Below, in pieces: positions 26,677 to 39,979 of a stretch of DNA of 64,000 nucleotides. The stretch is from Pecten maximus (lineage: Eukaryota): contig NC_047022.1 of assembly GCF_902652985.1 (NCBI RefSeq), positions 45,198,001-45,262,000 of the forward strand, given 5' to 3'. Both the position numbers and the translations under genes were made by a program. Each line of letters starts with the position of its first letter. Positions within the stretch are counted from its first letter, which is position 1. A model generated the notes under the pieces. It was not told the DNA's origin. It saw nothing but the letters and a program-made list of their open reading frames with translations, and did not search any database.

Positions 26677-26821
26677 GGGTTACTTCCCTGTTCTCCGAAA
26701 CTCAGCTGTCAGCATTCCTTGTCAGCGGATGTTCGATAAAGTGACGTAATGAGCCGTACTCAAAGTCAAGGTTACTTCCACGAATTCCCTGTACTCTTTC
26801 ATACTTTCACTTTCGATTTCA
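26677..26821 (-). promoter_or_regulatory. Putative promoter/5' non-coding exon of paralogue 2 with ISRE-like, kB-like and CRE-like sites
   Basis: Minus strand TGAAATCGAAAGTGAAAGTAT (26801-26821), partial kB GGGAATTCG (~26781-26789), TGACGTAA (26742-26749), donor GTAAGT at 26676-26671. Confidence 0.5.
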
Positions 26822-27341
26822 TACAAATGAATTAACAAAAGGTCTGAAACGATTTAAAAAGCAATTAAACATCAAACTTTATATGGTGATGCAGATCTGA
26901 TATACCGTTTCACGTATAGGCTTACATATTTTCGTGATCCCTTCCAAAAATATCATTAATGTTTATAACATGAAAGTGATGATACCTCGAACTCCAGTAA
27001 ACTGTTATGCAGCATTCACATTCTAATGTGTGAAGTAAGTTCGTTTTATATGTCCGTTTATACAAACAGAACAAGCGAAGTGGACATGATCCAAACTATA
27101 CTCGCTTTTGTGTATTTACTAAATAATTGTAGTAGCTTAACTTCTACGTTTAAATGATTAATATATTACTTTTGAAATTCTTTCTCTCTAAAAAAAAAAA
27201 AAAAAAAAAAAAACAAAAAACAATGATTTCATTTTCCCGTAAATAGGAAGAAAACAATTATTCAAAAAATAATTGTTTTGCATGTGATTTCCCGATAACA
27301 AGTATAATCATTTTCTGCCTATTATTAGACTTTAGTAAACG

Positions 27342-27756
27342 AAACTGTATATAATTAGGAAACAGTATATAATTAGGAAACTGTATATAATTAGGAAACT
27401 GTATATGATTAGGAAACTGTATATGATTAGGAAACTGTATATGATTAGGAAACAGTATACAATTAGGAAACTGTATATGATTAGGAAACAGTATATAATT
27501 AGGAATCAGTATATAATTAGGAAACTGTATAAAATTAGGAAACAGTATATAATTAGGAAACAGTATATAATTAGGAAACTGTATATAATTAGGAAACTGT
27601 ATATAATTAGGAAACAGTATATAATTAGGAAACTGTATATGATTAGGAAACAGTATATAATTAGGAAACTGTATATAATTAGAAAACAGTATATAATTAG
27701 GAAACTGTATATAATTAGGAAACTGTATATAATTAGGAAACTGTATATAATTAGGA
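27342..27756. repeat. 18-bp minisatellite (TTAGGAAACTGTATATAA)
   Basis: Tandem array; source of spurious ORF 27405..27785. Confidence 0.95.
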
Positions 27757-28099
27757 CGTTAAGACGTCGGACAAATGATCATTGACACCCACGTATTAAT
27801 GGTATTCAGTTTGTGAGTAAGCGTGACCGAATCGACTATTTTTAAAACACCTCGGAATACATAAGACAAAAGTGATTTTGAAAAAGCTCGCTCATCAGTA
27901 AACATGCTTCTTGATCTTATATAGTTATATCATCGTTTAACCTATTACTCGTTTTAGCATGACGCTTTGTTAATTGATACAAAGTATTGTACATTGTTTA
28001 TTTTTGTGATGAATTTGGCTTATATCTTTAAGGATGCACCAAATCCCATTTCAATGTTATGCATACAAATATAAATATTTTTTAATCAATCACATTTTT

Positions 28100-29065
28100 G
28101 ACAGGTGCAATCTTTATAAGGATATCTCTGACCCATAATAAACGTTTGTGACAGTTTCAATCATTATCAGGATAGTTCTGATCTATAATTAATGTTTTTG
28201 ACATTTTCGATCATTATAATGATATCTATAATATATAACTTACGTTTTTGACAGTTTCAATCATTATAAGGATAGTTCTGACCTAAAGTTAACGTTTGTG
28301 ACAGTTTCAATCATTATAAGGATATCTATTATATATAACTTACGATTTTGACAGTTTCAATCATTATAAGGATGGTTTTGATCTATAATTAACGATTTTG
28401 ACAGTTTCAATCATTATAAGGATGGTTTTGATCTATAATCAATGTTTTTGACAGTTTCAATCCTTATAAGAATAGTTCTGACCTAAAGTTAACGTTTGTG
28501 ACAGTTTCAATCATTATAAGGATATCTATTATATATAACTTACGATTTTGACAGTTTCAATCATTATAAGGATATTTTTGATCTATAATTAATGTTTTTG
28601 ACAGTTTCAATCATTATAAGGATATCTTTTACCTATAATTAATGTTTTTGACAGTTTCAATCACTATAAGGATAGTTCTGATCTATAATTAATGTTTTTG
28701 ACAGTTTCAGTCATTATAATATCAGTGATCTATAATTAACTTTTTTGACAGTTTCAATCACTATAAGGATAATTTTGATCTATAATTAATGTTTTTGACA
28801 GTTTCAGTCATTATAATATCAGTGATCTATAATTAACTTTTTTGACAGTTTCAGTCATTATAATGATATTTCTTACCTTTAATTAAAGTTTTTGACAATT
28901 CCATTCATTATAAGGATATATCTTACCTATAGTTAACGTTGTTGACAGTTGAATCATTATAATGATATCTCTTAACTTTTAATTAACGTTGTTGACAGTT
29001 TCAATCATTATAAGGGACCCTTAACCTTTAATTAACGATTTTGACTATTTCAATCATTATAATGA
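28100..29065. repeat. 50-bp minisatellite
   Basis: Repeated GACAGTTTCAATCATTATAAGGAT. Confidence 0.95.
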
Positions 29066-29394
29066 TAATGATCTGATGAAACTCGTGCCACTGGCTTCCG
29101 GTAGTGTGACGCGGTATCCGTTGATCTTTAATGCTTGTAAATATTATATTTATCTAATAATGTTAATGTTCATAATCAAAAGAAGTGCGGACTTTGTTGT
29201 TGTTGTTGTGATTACACGAAGGATTAGACAATAAACTACTATACAAGGGTCATTCTGAAGTTACTCTGTGTTTAACTCAACGCTATATTACTTTTTCTAT
29301 GTTAAAATCTCTCTAAGTATTGTGTTACAATATCCCTTTGATCACACACGTGTTCCCTTCCTTTGACGGACACTGTTGAAAGTTTGCATTGGTG

Positions 29395-29482
29395 TATATA
29401 ATGTCCAGTCTCGCTACACCAGTCACCACTCCGGCCAAGATCGAGTTGTCCAGTCTTCACCAACTATCTCTCAGACGTCAAG
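29395..29482 (+). promoter_or_regulatory. TATA box and non-coding first exon of the Gly-rich gene
   Basis: TATATAA at 29395-29401, Inr-like CCAGTC at ~29419, donor AAG|GTGAGT at 29482/29483. Confidence 0.5.
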
Positions 29483-29901
29483 GTGAGTCAGCCATTCAGC
29501 AGTTCCTATATCTATCCATACGGTAGACATATTAATTATGTTAAAGATAGAAACTGTAAGATGGTAGCGTTATGTGGTATGACTAGCACATCAAGCTGAA
29601 ACATTTGTCGGGAGACAATGGAGTTTATAGTGTTGTTCTGTTGTACTATTACGTGCAACATTCATATTTAGAAGTTACTGTTGTTCTTGTTATGATAAAC
29701 GTTGTATTCATTGGAATACCAGTCATAAAGAGCTACACGATATCTGAAGGATGATCATATTAATAAAACAATGGCGTATCTAATATTGGTTTACATTGTA
29801 CAGAAACAAATGTATCTAATTACGATTGTAGTACATTACTAGATACAGTATACGGAGAGTGGGGGATACTATAAAAAGATAAATCATTCCCAATTCAGAT
29901 T

Positions 29902-30850
29902 TTTGATGTATATTATAACATTTTATATTGTTGGTGTATATTATAACATTTTATATTGGTGATGTAGATTATAACATTTTATATTGGTGATGTAGATTAT
30001 AACATTTTATATTGGTGATGTAGATTATAACATTTTATATTGGTGATGTAGATTATAACATTTTATATTGGTGATGTAGATTATAACATTTTATATTGGT
30101 GATGTAGATTATAACATTTTATATTGGTGATGTATATTATAACATTTTATAATGTTGATGTATATTATAACATTTTATATTGGTGATGTAGATTATAACA
30201 TTTTATATTGTTGATGTAGATTATAACATTTTATAATGTTGATGTATATTATAACATTTTATATTGGTGATGTATATTATAATATTTTATATTGGTGATG
30301 TAGATTATAACATTTTATATTGTTGATGTATATTATAACATTTTATAATGTTGATGTAGATTATAACATTTTATATTGGTGATGTAGATTATAACATTTT
30401 ATATTGGTGATGTAGATTATAACATTTTATATTGTTGATGTATATTATAACATTTTATATTGGTGATGTAGATTATAACATTTTATATTGGTGATGTATA
30501 TTATAACATTTTATATTGGTGATGTATATTATAACATTTTATATTGGTGATGTATATTATAACATTTTATATTGGTGATGTATATTATAACATTTTATAA
30601 TGTTGATGTAGATTATAACATTTTATATTGGTGATGTAGATTATAACATTTTATATTGGTGATGTAGATTATAACATTTTATATTGGTGATGTAGATTAT
30701 AACATTTTATATTGGTGATGTATATTATAACATTTTATATTGGTGATGTATATTATAACATTTTATATTGGTGATGTAGATTATAACATTTTATAATGTT
30801 GATGTATATTATAACATTTTATAATGTTGATGTATAGTATAACTTTATAA
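29902..30850. repeat. 28-bp minisatellite (TGATGTAGATTATAACATTTTATATTGG)
   Basis: Tandem array. Confidence 0.95.
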
Positions 30851-30969
30851 TATTTAAAGGTAAAGTCTACAAGTAGTATCTAATATTAAGATCATTACGC
30901 GACATTTCACTACAGGAGACTAACACAATGTATCTAGTGTACATCACTAATTAATATGTTTGATTTCAG

Positions 30970-32336
30970 ATGAATGCCTTGTGTACTTGTATTGCCACGA
31001 TCCTACTGGCTGTCCTCGTTAACGCAGGTACGTCACTTCACTCGTCCTCACGACACTCAGAGGATCAAGTATTCCGCTCAATGATTATAGTTCAGAAAGA
31101 AATATGATACTTTCAGGCCATTCTTTATCTAAATACTGAAATAATGAGGGTACAACTACAACAGGAAATTCAAATCTTTATCTTCGGATCACCAAGCCAT
31201 AGTGCATATATAACAAAGTAACAGATTTGTCGATGGAAGACACATATAAATGCATTGGAATATGATTTTGTTTCCAAATGAATTGATATTATTTTAACAG
31301 GTTACCCTTACCTATGATGTACAATGACATGTTCCCTATAGTTTTCCTCTCCATTCATAGTTAATTAAACGTTTGTTATCTAATGATTATGCTGTAAAGT
31401 TTACTGATGAAATCCTAACGTTGCAGGAGTATTCGGCGAGAACCTAAGTAATAAGGCACTTTTTAACTCCCGCTTGGGACGATATTGACAGTACAATCCC
31501 TGACAAAGCACGTGTTCTCTCCAGGATTACACGGGCTTACTCCTGTTGGTCTTTTATCAGAGGGTCATTCTTTAGTTCATAGTTTACCATTGTTTCACCA
31601 ATTTTGAATTTGATTCTCTCATCTTTCTGTGTTACAGGTGGGATGGGAGGTGGCCACGGAGGGGGCCACGGAGGGGGCCATGGTGATGGAGGCTGGGGTT
31701 ATCCCAGTATAATGAACGGTTACTCCGGTAGATGGGGTGATTACGGTAGGAGAGGCTACCAAGGAAACATGGGAGACTATTACTATCGTGGTGGTATGGG
31801 GGGACATGGCGGTTCGGGTGGCAATTATCCTATGTACGGTGGAATGGGTGGGATTGGAGGTGGATACGGTAGTAATTATCCTATATACGGTGGAATGGGT
31901 AGTGGATACGGTGGAATTGGAGGTGGATACGGTAGCAATTATCCTATGGGTGGTGGATACGGTGGGATGGGAGGTGGATACGGTAGTAATTATCCTATGT
32001 ACGGTGGAATGGGTGGTGGATACGGTGGGATGGGAGGTGGATACGGTAGTAATTATCCTATGTACGGTGGAATTGGTGGTGGATACGGTGGGATGGGAGG
32101 TGGATACGGTTGGATGAATGGAGGATATGGTGGAATGGGTATTGGACAGAGTGGAATTAGCGGCGGAAATGGTGGAATTGGTGGCTGGCGCGGTGGAATT
32201 GGTGGCGGGCACGGTGGAATTGGCGGTTGGCGCAGTGGAATTGGCGGCGGCCACGGTGGAATTGGCGGTATCAGTGGAATCCGAAGTATAGGGGGAATAC
32301 GACGCCACTCTGGAATGGGAGGACGTAAGGGCGGAC
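30970..32336 (+). CDS. Secreted Gly/Tyr/Met-rich structural protein (shell-matrix/periostracum/byssus-like); terminal exon unresolved
   Basis: Exon 30970-31027 encodes signal peptide MNALCTCIATILLAVLVNA (phase 1). Exon from 31638 encodes GGGYGSNYPMY repeats, GGIGGW repeats and a basic GRKGGR end. Donor GTAAGT at 32337. Confidence 0.8.
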
Positions 32337-32376
32337 GTAAGTTATTATCAATATCAGTGCATGACAGCTATGTTCT

Positions 32377-33295
32377 CAATCGCAACTTCTCGTACAATTC
32401 CGTCAAAGCTCGGAATCATATCTCGAACGTAGGCCGGCGCAGTGATATGTTGTGAATGTCAACATTTCCTTCGCCGGATGTAACTGGTTCACTCGGTCCG
32501 AGATACTTCCGCAAAACAACATCCCTGGTGCACATAACTGTTCGAGTTCTCTGTCCAAGTTTTTAAGAAAACTATCATCCTTTGTACAGTCAAGGCAGTC
32601 ATCAAGCACAGATCCGACGTCAAAGTCATTACTAATACCAAAAGATACAGGTGGTTTTCTATACGAGTGGTCAAACAAAAGATCATTGTCACTGCCGGGC
32701 TCACAGTTTTCTTTATCATCTTTAGGAGTAGGTTGAGTAAACTGTATTCTGCGTTTAGAACTAGATTTTCTTTCTATAGGCCTAACATCATCACTGATTT
32801 TCAACCTCTTTAACTTCTCTACAGACCTTTCTAATCTCTCTGCTACTGTCAATTTCAGAGCTGATGGTGGAGTTTTCGCACATCTTTTAAAGTCAGCTGA
32901 TTTATTTAAATTAGAAACACACTCGACAGCAACTTGACGAAATTTAGAAAACTTATCAAGAAAAACGATACAAGAATCACAAATGAAAATGTTATCAAAT
33001 AAAGAGCTGGGAATGTCTAGAGAAATCAACTGGGATAGAACGGTATGCACATTCAAATTTCTGGCCTTGTTGTTATTGAGATTATGCAAACGCTTTTGCT
33101 CACTGGCACAGGTAACACATTTTCTAATTGTACGTACTATGTTTTTCCTTGGCGTATCCATAGCCGCATGGGCGCTGACATCTTGTTTCTTCGGTACACC
33201 TCGGTCTGACCCTTAACACCAGACGATACCGAATGCGGCCTACGTTCGAGATATGATTCCGAGCTTTGACGGAATTGTACGAGAAGTTGCGATTG
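32377..33295 (-). mobile_element. Internally deleted DNA transposon with 60-bp perfect TIRs and 9-bp TSD (AcademH- or Mutator-like)
   Basis: TIRs at 32377-32436 and 33236-33295. TSD CTATGTTCT at 32368-32376 and 33296-33304. Confidence 0.9.
32403..33161 (-). pseudogene. Truncated transposon ORF with N-terminal C4 (ZAD-like) zinc finger
   Basis: CVTC...ICDSC, basic FKRCAKTP and SKRRIQF patches, DHSY. Frame ends inside the TIR; no catalytic domain. Confidence 0.6.
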
Positions 33296-33444
33296 CTATG
33301 TTCTTTGTTATGAAGTACTCTGACGCAAGGGAAAGTCAAAACCACCGTCCATCAGAATAGGCACAATTTATGTCAAGATCCTTCAAATATTATTGCTGTG
33401 AATCCAAAGTAATGAATAAGTCCGACCTACGTCACAGCGGGGAT

Positions 33445-35966
33445 TTATAATTACTTGAGGATGGACTACCTACGTTATAACGGGGTATTTATCTGGTAGG
33501 ACGGTACAGACTAGGTATAATTACTTTAGGAAGGGTTACCTACGTTATAACGGGGTATTTATCTGGTAGGACGGTACAGACTAGGTATAATTACTTTAGG
33601 AAGGGTTACCTACGTTATAACGGGGTATTTATCTGGTAGGACGGTACAGACTAGGTATAATTACTTTAGGAAGGGTTACCTACGTTATAACGGGGTATTT
33701 ATCTGGTAGGACGGTACAGACTAGGTATAATTACTTTAGGAAGGGTAACCTACATTATAGCGGGGTATTTATCTGGTAGGACGGTACAGACTAGGTATAA
33801 TTACTTTAGGAAGGGTTACCTACGTTATACCGGGTTATTTATCTGGTAGGACGGTACAGACTAGGTATAATTACTTTAGGAAGGGTTACCTACGTTATAC
33901 CGGGTTATTTATCTGGTAGGACGGTACAGACTAGGTATAATTACTTTAGGAAGGGTTACCTACGTTATAACGGGATATTTATCTGGTAGGACGGTACAGA
34001 CTAAGTAAAATTACTTTAGGAAGGGTTACCTACGTTATAGCGGGGTATTTATCTGGTAGGACGGTACAGACTAGGTATAATTACTTGAGGAAGGGTTACA
34101 TGAGTTATACCGGGGTATTTATCTGGTAGGACGGTACAGACTAGGTATAATTACTTTAGGAAGGGTTACCTACGTTATAACGGGGTATTTATCTGGTAGG
34201 ACGGTACAGACTAGGTATAATTACTTTAGGAAGGGTTACCTACGTTATAGCGCGGTATATATCTGGTAGGACGGTACAGACTAGGTATAATTACTTTAGG
34301 AAGGGTTACCTACGTTATAACGGGGTATTTATCTGGTAGGACAGTACAGACTAGGTATAATTACTTTAGGAAGGGTTACCTACGTTATAGCGGGGTATTT
34401 ATCTGGTAGGACGGTACAGACTAGGTATAATTACTTTAGGAAGGGTAACCTACGTTATACCGGGGTATTTATCTGGTAGGACGGTACAGACTAGGTATAA
34501 TTACTTTAGGAAGGACTACCTACGTTATAGCGGGGTATTTATCTGGTAGGACGGTACAGACTAGGTTTAATTACTTTAGGAAGGGTTACCTACGTTATAC
34601 CGGGGTATTTATCTGGTAGTACGGTACAGACTAGGTATAATTACTTTATGAAGGGTTACTTACGTTATAACGGGGTATTTATCTGGTAGGACAGTACAGA
34701 CTAGGTATAATTACTTTAGGAAGGGTTACCTACGTTATAGCGGGGTATATATCTGGTAGGACGGTACAGACTAGGTATAATTACTTTAGGAAGGGTTACC
34801 TACGTTATACCGGGGTATTTATCTGGTAGGACGGTACAGACTAGGTATAATTACTTTAGGAAGGGTTACCTACGTTATAACGGGGTATTTATCTGGTAGG
34901 ACGGTACAGACTAGGTATAATTACTTTAGGAATGGTTACCTACCTTATAACGGGGTATTTATCTGGTAGGACAGTACAGACTAGGTATATTTACTTTAGG
35001 AAGGGTTACCTACGTTATAGCGGGGTATTTATCTGGTAGGACAGTATAGACTAGGTATAATTACTTTATGAAGGGTTACCTACGTTATAACGGGGTATTT
35101 ATCTGGTAGGACGGTACAGACTAGGTATAATTACTTTAGGAAGGGCTACCTACGTTATAGCGGGGTATTTATCTGGTAGGACGGTACAGACTAGGTATAA
35201 TTACTTTAGGAAGGGTTACCTACGTTATACCGGGGTATTTATCTGGTAGTACGGTACAGACTAGGTATAATTACTTTATGAAGGGTTACTTACGTTATAA
35301 CGGGGTATTTATCTGGTAGGACAGTACAGACTAGGTATAATTACTTTAGGAAGGGTTACCTACGTTATAGCGGGGTATATATCTGGTAGGACGGTACAGA
35401 CTAGGTATAATTACTTTAGGAAGGGTTACCTACGTTATACCGGGGTATTTATCTGGTAGGACGGTACAGACTAGGTATAATTACTTTAGGAAGGGTTACC
35501 TACGTTATAACGGGGTATTTATCTGGTAGGACGGTACAGACTAGGTATAATTACTTTAGGAATGGTTACCTACCTTATAACGGGGTATATATCTGGTAGG
35601 ACAGTACAGACTAGGTATAATTACTTTAGGAAGGGTTACCTACGTTATAGCGGGGTATTTATCTGGTAGGACAGTATAGACTAGGTATAATTACTTTATG
35701 AAGGGTTACCTACGTTATAACGGGGTATTTATCTGGTAGGACGGTACAGACTAGGTATAATTACTTTAGGAAGGGCTACCTACGTTATAGCGGGGTATAT
35801 ATCTGGTAGGACGGTACAGACTAGGTATAATTACTTTAGGAAGGGTTACATGAGTTATACCGGGGTATTTATCTGGTAGGACGGTACAGACTAGGTATAA
35901 TTACTTTATGAAGGGTTACCTACGTTATAACGGGGTATTTATCTGGTAGGACGGTACAGACTAGGT
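33445..35966. repeat. 70-bp satellite, ~36 copies
   Basis: Unit CGGGGTATTTATCTGGTAGGACGGTACAGACTAGGTATAATTACTTTAGGAAGGGTTACCTACGTTATAA. Confidence 0.97.
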
Positions 35967-36649
35967 AAAAGGAAAATAAAGTGACACATGGCGATTTCGT
36001 TTTGTTATATATCTTCTGTCAAGAAAGTGGCAAAAAGATCGGGTATAACTAACTTAAATGTTTCTTCCTAACAAACAATAAAATGAATACAATGGACCTT
36101 GACAATACCATATGATGATATTTAAAAATCCATATCCACATTCAAGTTTCGTGGATAACTGAACAAATACGACTGCTCTATAGATAGCAAAATTGTCTCA
36201 TTTGAAGAAGAAATGTTAAACAAATTCTGACAACGATTTCTGATATGACATTTATTTGTAGTATTTTGTACTTTGAAATCCAAATGTTGAGGGTATTAAT
36301 GATTGCATGTGTATGTATTGTACGATTCAGAAACAAATACACAGTAAACAATTGCCTATAATGATCCCTAAAGCGGACATTACTGTACAGCGTAGCTTTT
36401 TGTCAGCCACGGAAACATAAATGAGCCTTCTTGGACTGAATTAACGGAGAGGTATACAGTTGTTTTCTACGGCAATGCTGAAAAATTCAGATAAATAAAG
36501 AACAATGCGCAGTATTTATGTGATATTTTGGTGAAAGATAATTATACATAATACTTTTGTATTGAAGACAACTTCTTGATATATTTAATCTAAATCCTTC
36601 CCCGATATTTCATTGCAGGTACTTATTAACCTGGAGATGAAATGGCATA

Positions 36650-37068
36650 TGTACAACCGACCTTAACCCTCCATTTACACAGCTGTACAACCGACCTTTA
36701 ACCTCTACATTGTACACAGCTGTAAAGTGACCTTTACCCTCTACAGTGTATACAGCTGTAAAGTGACCTTTAACCTCTACAGTGTACACAGCTGTAAAGT
36801 GACCTTTAACCTCTACATTGTACACAGCTGTAAAGTGACCTTTAACCTCTACAGTGTACACAGCTGTAAAGTGACCTTTACCCTCTACATTGTACACAGC
36901 TGTAAAGTGACCTTTACCCTCTACATTGTACACAGCTGTAAAGTGACCTTTAACCTCTACATTGTACACAGCTGTACAACCGACCTTTAACCTCTACAGT
37001 GTACACAGCTGTACAGTGACCTTTACCCTCTACAGTGTACACAGCTGTAAAGTGACCTTTAACCTCTG
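36650..37068. repeat. 39-bp minisatellite
   Basis: Repeated CTCTACATTGTACACAGCTGTAAAGTGACCTTTA. Confidence 0.95.
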
Positions 37069-37535
37069 CCTACAGCAGCCGTAGATTTCATTGTATCTTT
37101 TCATACAAATAAATTTTTGATTCTTTATCTGTGTTTAGTCGAATTTGATAAACATGTTAACAGTCTAAAAATGTATCATTTGTTTGTGACGTCAGGATTT
37201 AATATGCACCAAAGACCATCTTAACAGAGAAAGCCCAGGTGGATCTTTATAGGTCTGTCAATCTTAACACGTTATTTCTCTATTTTTACATTGAATGAAT
37301 TCTTTATTTAGGTGTATACAGCATACGATCTGATAGTGTACCAATTTAATTTATTTTCTGTGGAAAAATGTTAACCAAAACGTCTCGATTCTGAGTTGGG
37401 CTTAAGATTGAGTCAACATAGGTATTCTCTGTTGACATACATGTATCAGTATTAACCAAGTGTAAACTCTTTACGAATGATTGAATTTCTGGTCAACACC
37501 ACCTTTATGAGTTGAGTTTTGTTCCAACTGACTAT

Positions 37536-37748
37536 TGTCATTCCGTTAAGAACAAACTGTGGTCTTCTTACGTGAGTGATTAACAGCGACCTGGCAAAGT
37601 TCCTCATGTCATTCCGTTAAGAACAAACTGTGGTCTTCTTACGTGAGTGATTAACAGCGACCTGGCAAAGTTCCTCATGTCATTCCGTTAAGAACAAACT
37701 GTGGTCTTCTTACGTGAGTGATTAACAGCGACCTTGCAAAGTTCCTCA
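37536..37748. repeat. 71-bp unit, 3 copies
   Basis: Near-identical tandem copies. Confidence 0.95.
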
Positions 37749-38572
37749 GTTTCACATATAAACACAAACATTTTATTGGCCTTATCGATGGGATACTATA
37801 AAAACTCCATACTCTTCTTCATTAGTCATTTCCCCAAATGTCTATATACAAAGTAAGCAACTATGACAGCAACAATCCAAGCTATATGATAATTGTAATT
37901 ATTTCAATTTCCCAATTGTTCATTTTCTCTTGGAAAAAAAAGAAAAAGAAAAAAACGGGGTTCCCAGAGATGCAAGTTGATGTAGACCACGTAAAGGTTT
38001 TATGAACGACATGAAGTGGCGATATGACGTTCGACGTGTTGGATGTGTGTCGAAAAACCTAGTTATATTCCAATGTGACCACCCTAACTTTGACCTTGAG
38101 CTAACCCGGATATGACGTAGATTACCGGTGTCGTTCATGGAGTAGAAGACGCTAACCATCCCAGAACACCTGGTCTTACTCCCATTGTACCGTTTCAATC
38201 GGTCCATTACAAAGCTAGGCTTGGTTCCTGTTATACGTGTTATATTTATTGCTGAGAACTTTTCTGAATGTTTGGCTTCCTACGTCAATGTCCATGCAAG
38301 TATAACAAATTTGTCTCTCTCGACATCGCGGTAGTTGTAACTCCACAGACATTTAAAACTCATTGTTGCTGTTACTAAAATGGCTGTGCTGTATATGTGT
38401 GTTTCTAATATACAAACTATTTTAATAACAAGAGATTAGTCTTTCTTCTATAATTTTTATTAGGATTTATAACATCATAAGAAATCATTATAACATGACT
38501 CCCCAAATTGTAATCCTTATTAACTATGCTATGAGAGAGGAAATGCACTCAGTACTAAAATATTGATCTGCT

Positions 38573-39236
38573 TTGTATATCTATTTGGGCCAGTTATATG
38601 CTGAACTAGACTTGTATATCTATTTGGGCCAGTTACATGCTGAACTAGACTTGTATATCTATTTGGGCCAGTTACATGCTGAACTAGACTTGTATATCTA
38701 TTTGGGCCAGTTACATGCTGAACTAGACTTGTATATCTATTTGGCCCAGTTACATGCTGAACTAGACTTGTATATCTATTTGGCCCAGTTACATGCTGAA
38801 CTAGACTTGTATATCTATTTGGGCCAGTTACATGCTGAACTAGACTTGTATATCTATTTGGGCCAGTTACATGCTGAACTAGACTTGTATATCTATTTGG
38901 CCCAGTTACATGCTGAACTAGACTTGTATATCTATTTGGGCCAGTTACATGCTGAACTAGACTTGTATATCTATTTGGGCCAGTTACAAGCTGAACTAGA
39001 CTTGTATATCTATTTGGGCCAGTTACATGCTGAACTAGACTTGTATATCTATTTGGGCCAGTTACATGCTGAACTAGACTTGTATATCTATTTGGGCCAG
39101 TTACATGCTGAACTAGACTTGTATATCTATTTGGGCCAGTTACATGCTGAACTAGACTTGTATATCTATTTGGGCCAGTTACATGCTGAACTAGACTTGT
39201 ATATCTATTTGGGCCAGTTACATGCTGAACTAGACT
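38573..39236. repeat. 39-bp minisatellite, 17 copies
   Basis: TTGTATATCTATTTGGGCCAGTTACATGCTGAACTAGAC. Confidence 0.97.
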
Positions 39237-39603
39237 ATCTGAATCGGGTATAAAATGGAATGTTACTATGTTTACTATTTCAATATTCCCCGATTCTATC
39301 ATAACTTTCTAAGATTAAAATTTAACAGCAGAAGGTAGGTAGCTATAATCACATACATTTTTTAATAACATTGTCCACGTGCTAATTTTACGTGAATCTG
39401 AAAAAAAACTAATTTAGGCATTAGGCACAACTAACCCATCCATTGATGGTAATCTCTCTCTAGAAATGGTTTATCATATTTAATGTCAATTAACAAAGTA
39501 TGTATCAATAAGTAAAAGTCTGATTAAATGATTATAAATCAACACTGTGCGAGGAGTAAAAATGTGAATAAAATTTGAATTATAATCAACAAAGGTGAAC
39601 AAT

Positions 39604-39787
39604 ACAGTTCAGACTAGTGAACAGAAAAACAGTTCAGACTAGTGAACAGAAAAACAGTTCAGACTAGTGAACAGAAAAACAGTTCAGACTAGTGAACAGA
39701 AAACAGTTCAGACTAGTGAACAGAACATAAAGATTAGAATTACGTAGAAATATAATATAAAGATTAGAATTACGTAGAAATATAATT
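39604..39787. repeat. Short ~25-bp and 30-bp tandem repeats
   Basis: ACAGTTCAGACTAGTGAACAGAA x5, followed by a 30-bp duplication. Confidence 0.85.
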
Positions 39788-39979
39788 TATCAGAAAATAA
39801 AACTGTGTAATCACACAATTGATTAAATTAGTGTAAATAAAATATCACAACAATCTTACAACGTCGTAAAACACTACAAAAATACACGACCAAGATATAT
39901 GATCAATAGTTCAACATCACAACTCATAACAAACGTTCATGCAAAAAGAGCTTGCCGGATGTCTTAAAAATTTACAGGA

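Noticed and set aside
31619-32308. Thr/Ser-rich antisense ORF and alternative-frame ORF 31737..32117
   Set aside because: Shadows of the Gly-rich coding frame.
33445-35966. CRISPR-like periodicity in this and other arrays
   Set aside because: No unique spacers, no cas genes, eukaryotic context.
37312-37349. Possible terminal exon of the Gly-rich gene (TTTAG|GTGTATAC...)
   Set aside because: Phase-compatible but with no compositional or other support.
38529-39302. 257-aa and 226-aa repeat ORFs
   Set aside because: 39-bp minisatellite with no unique coding flanks.
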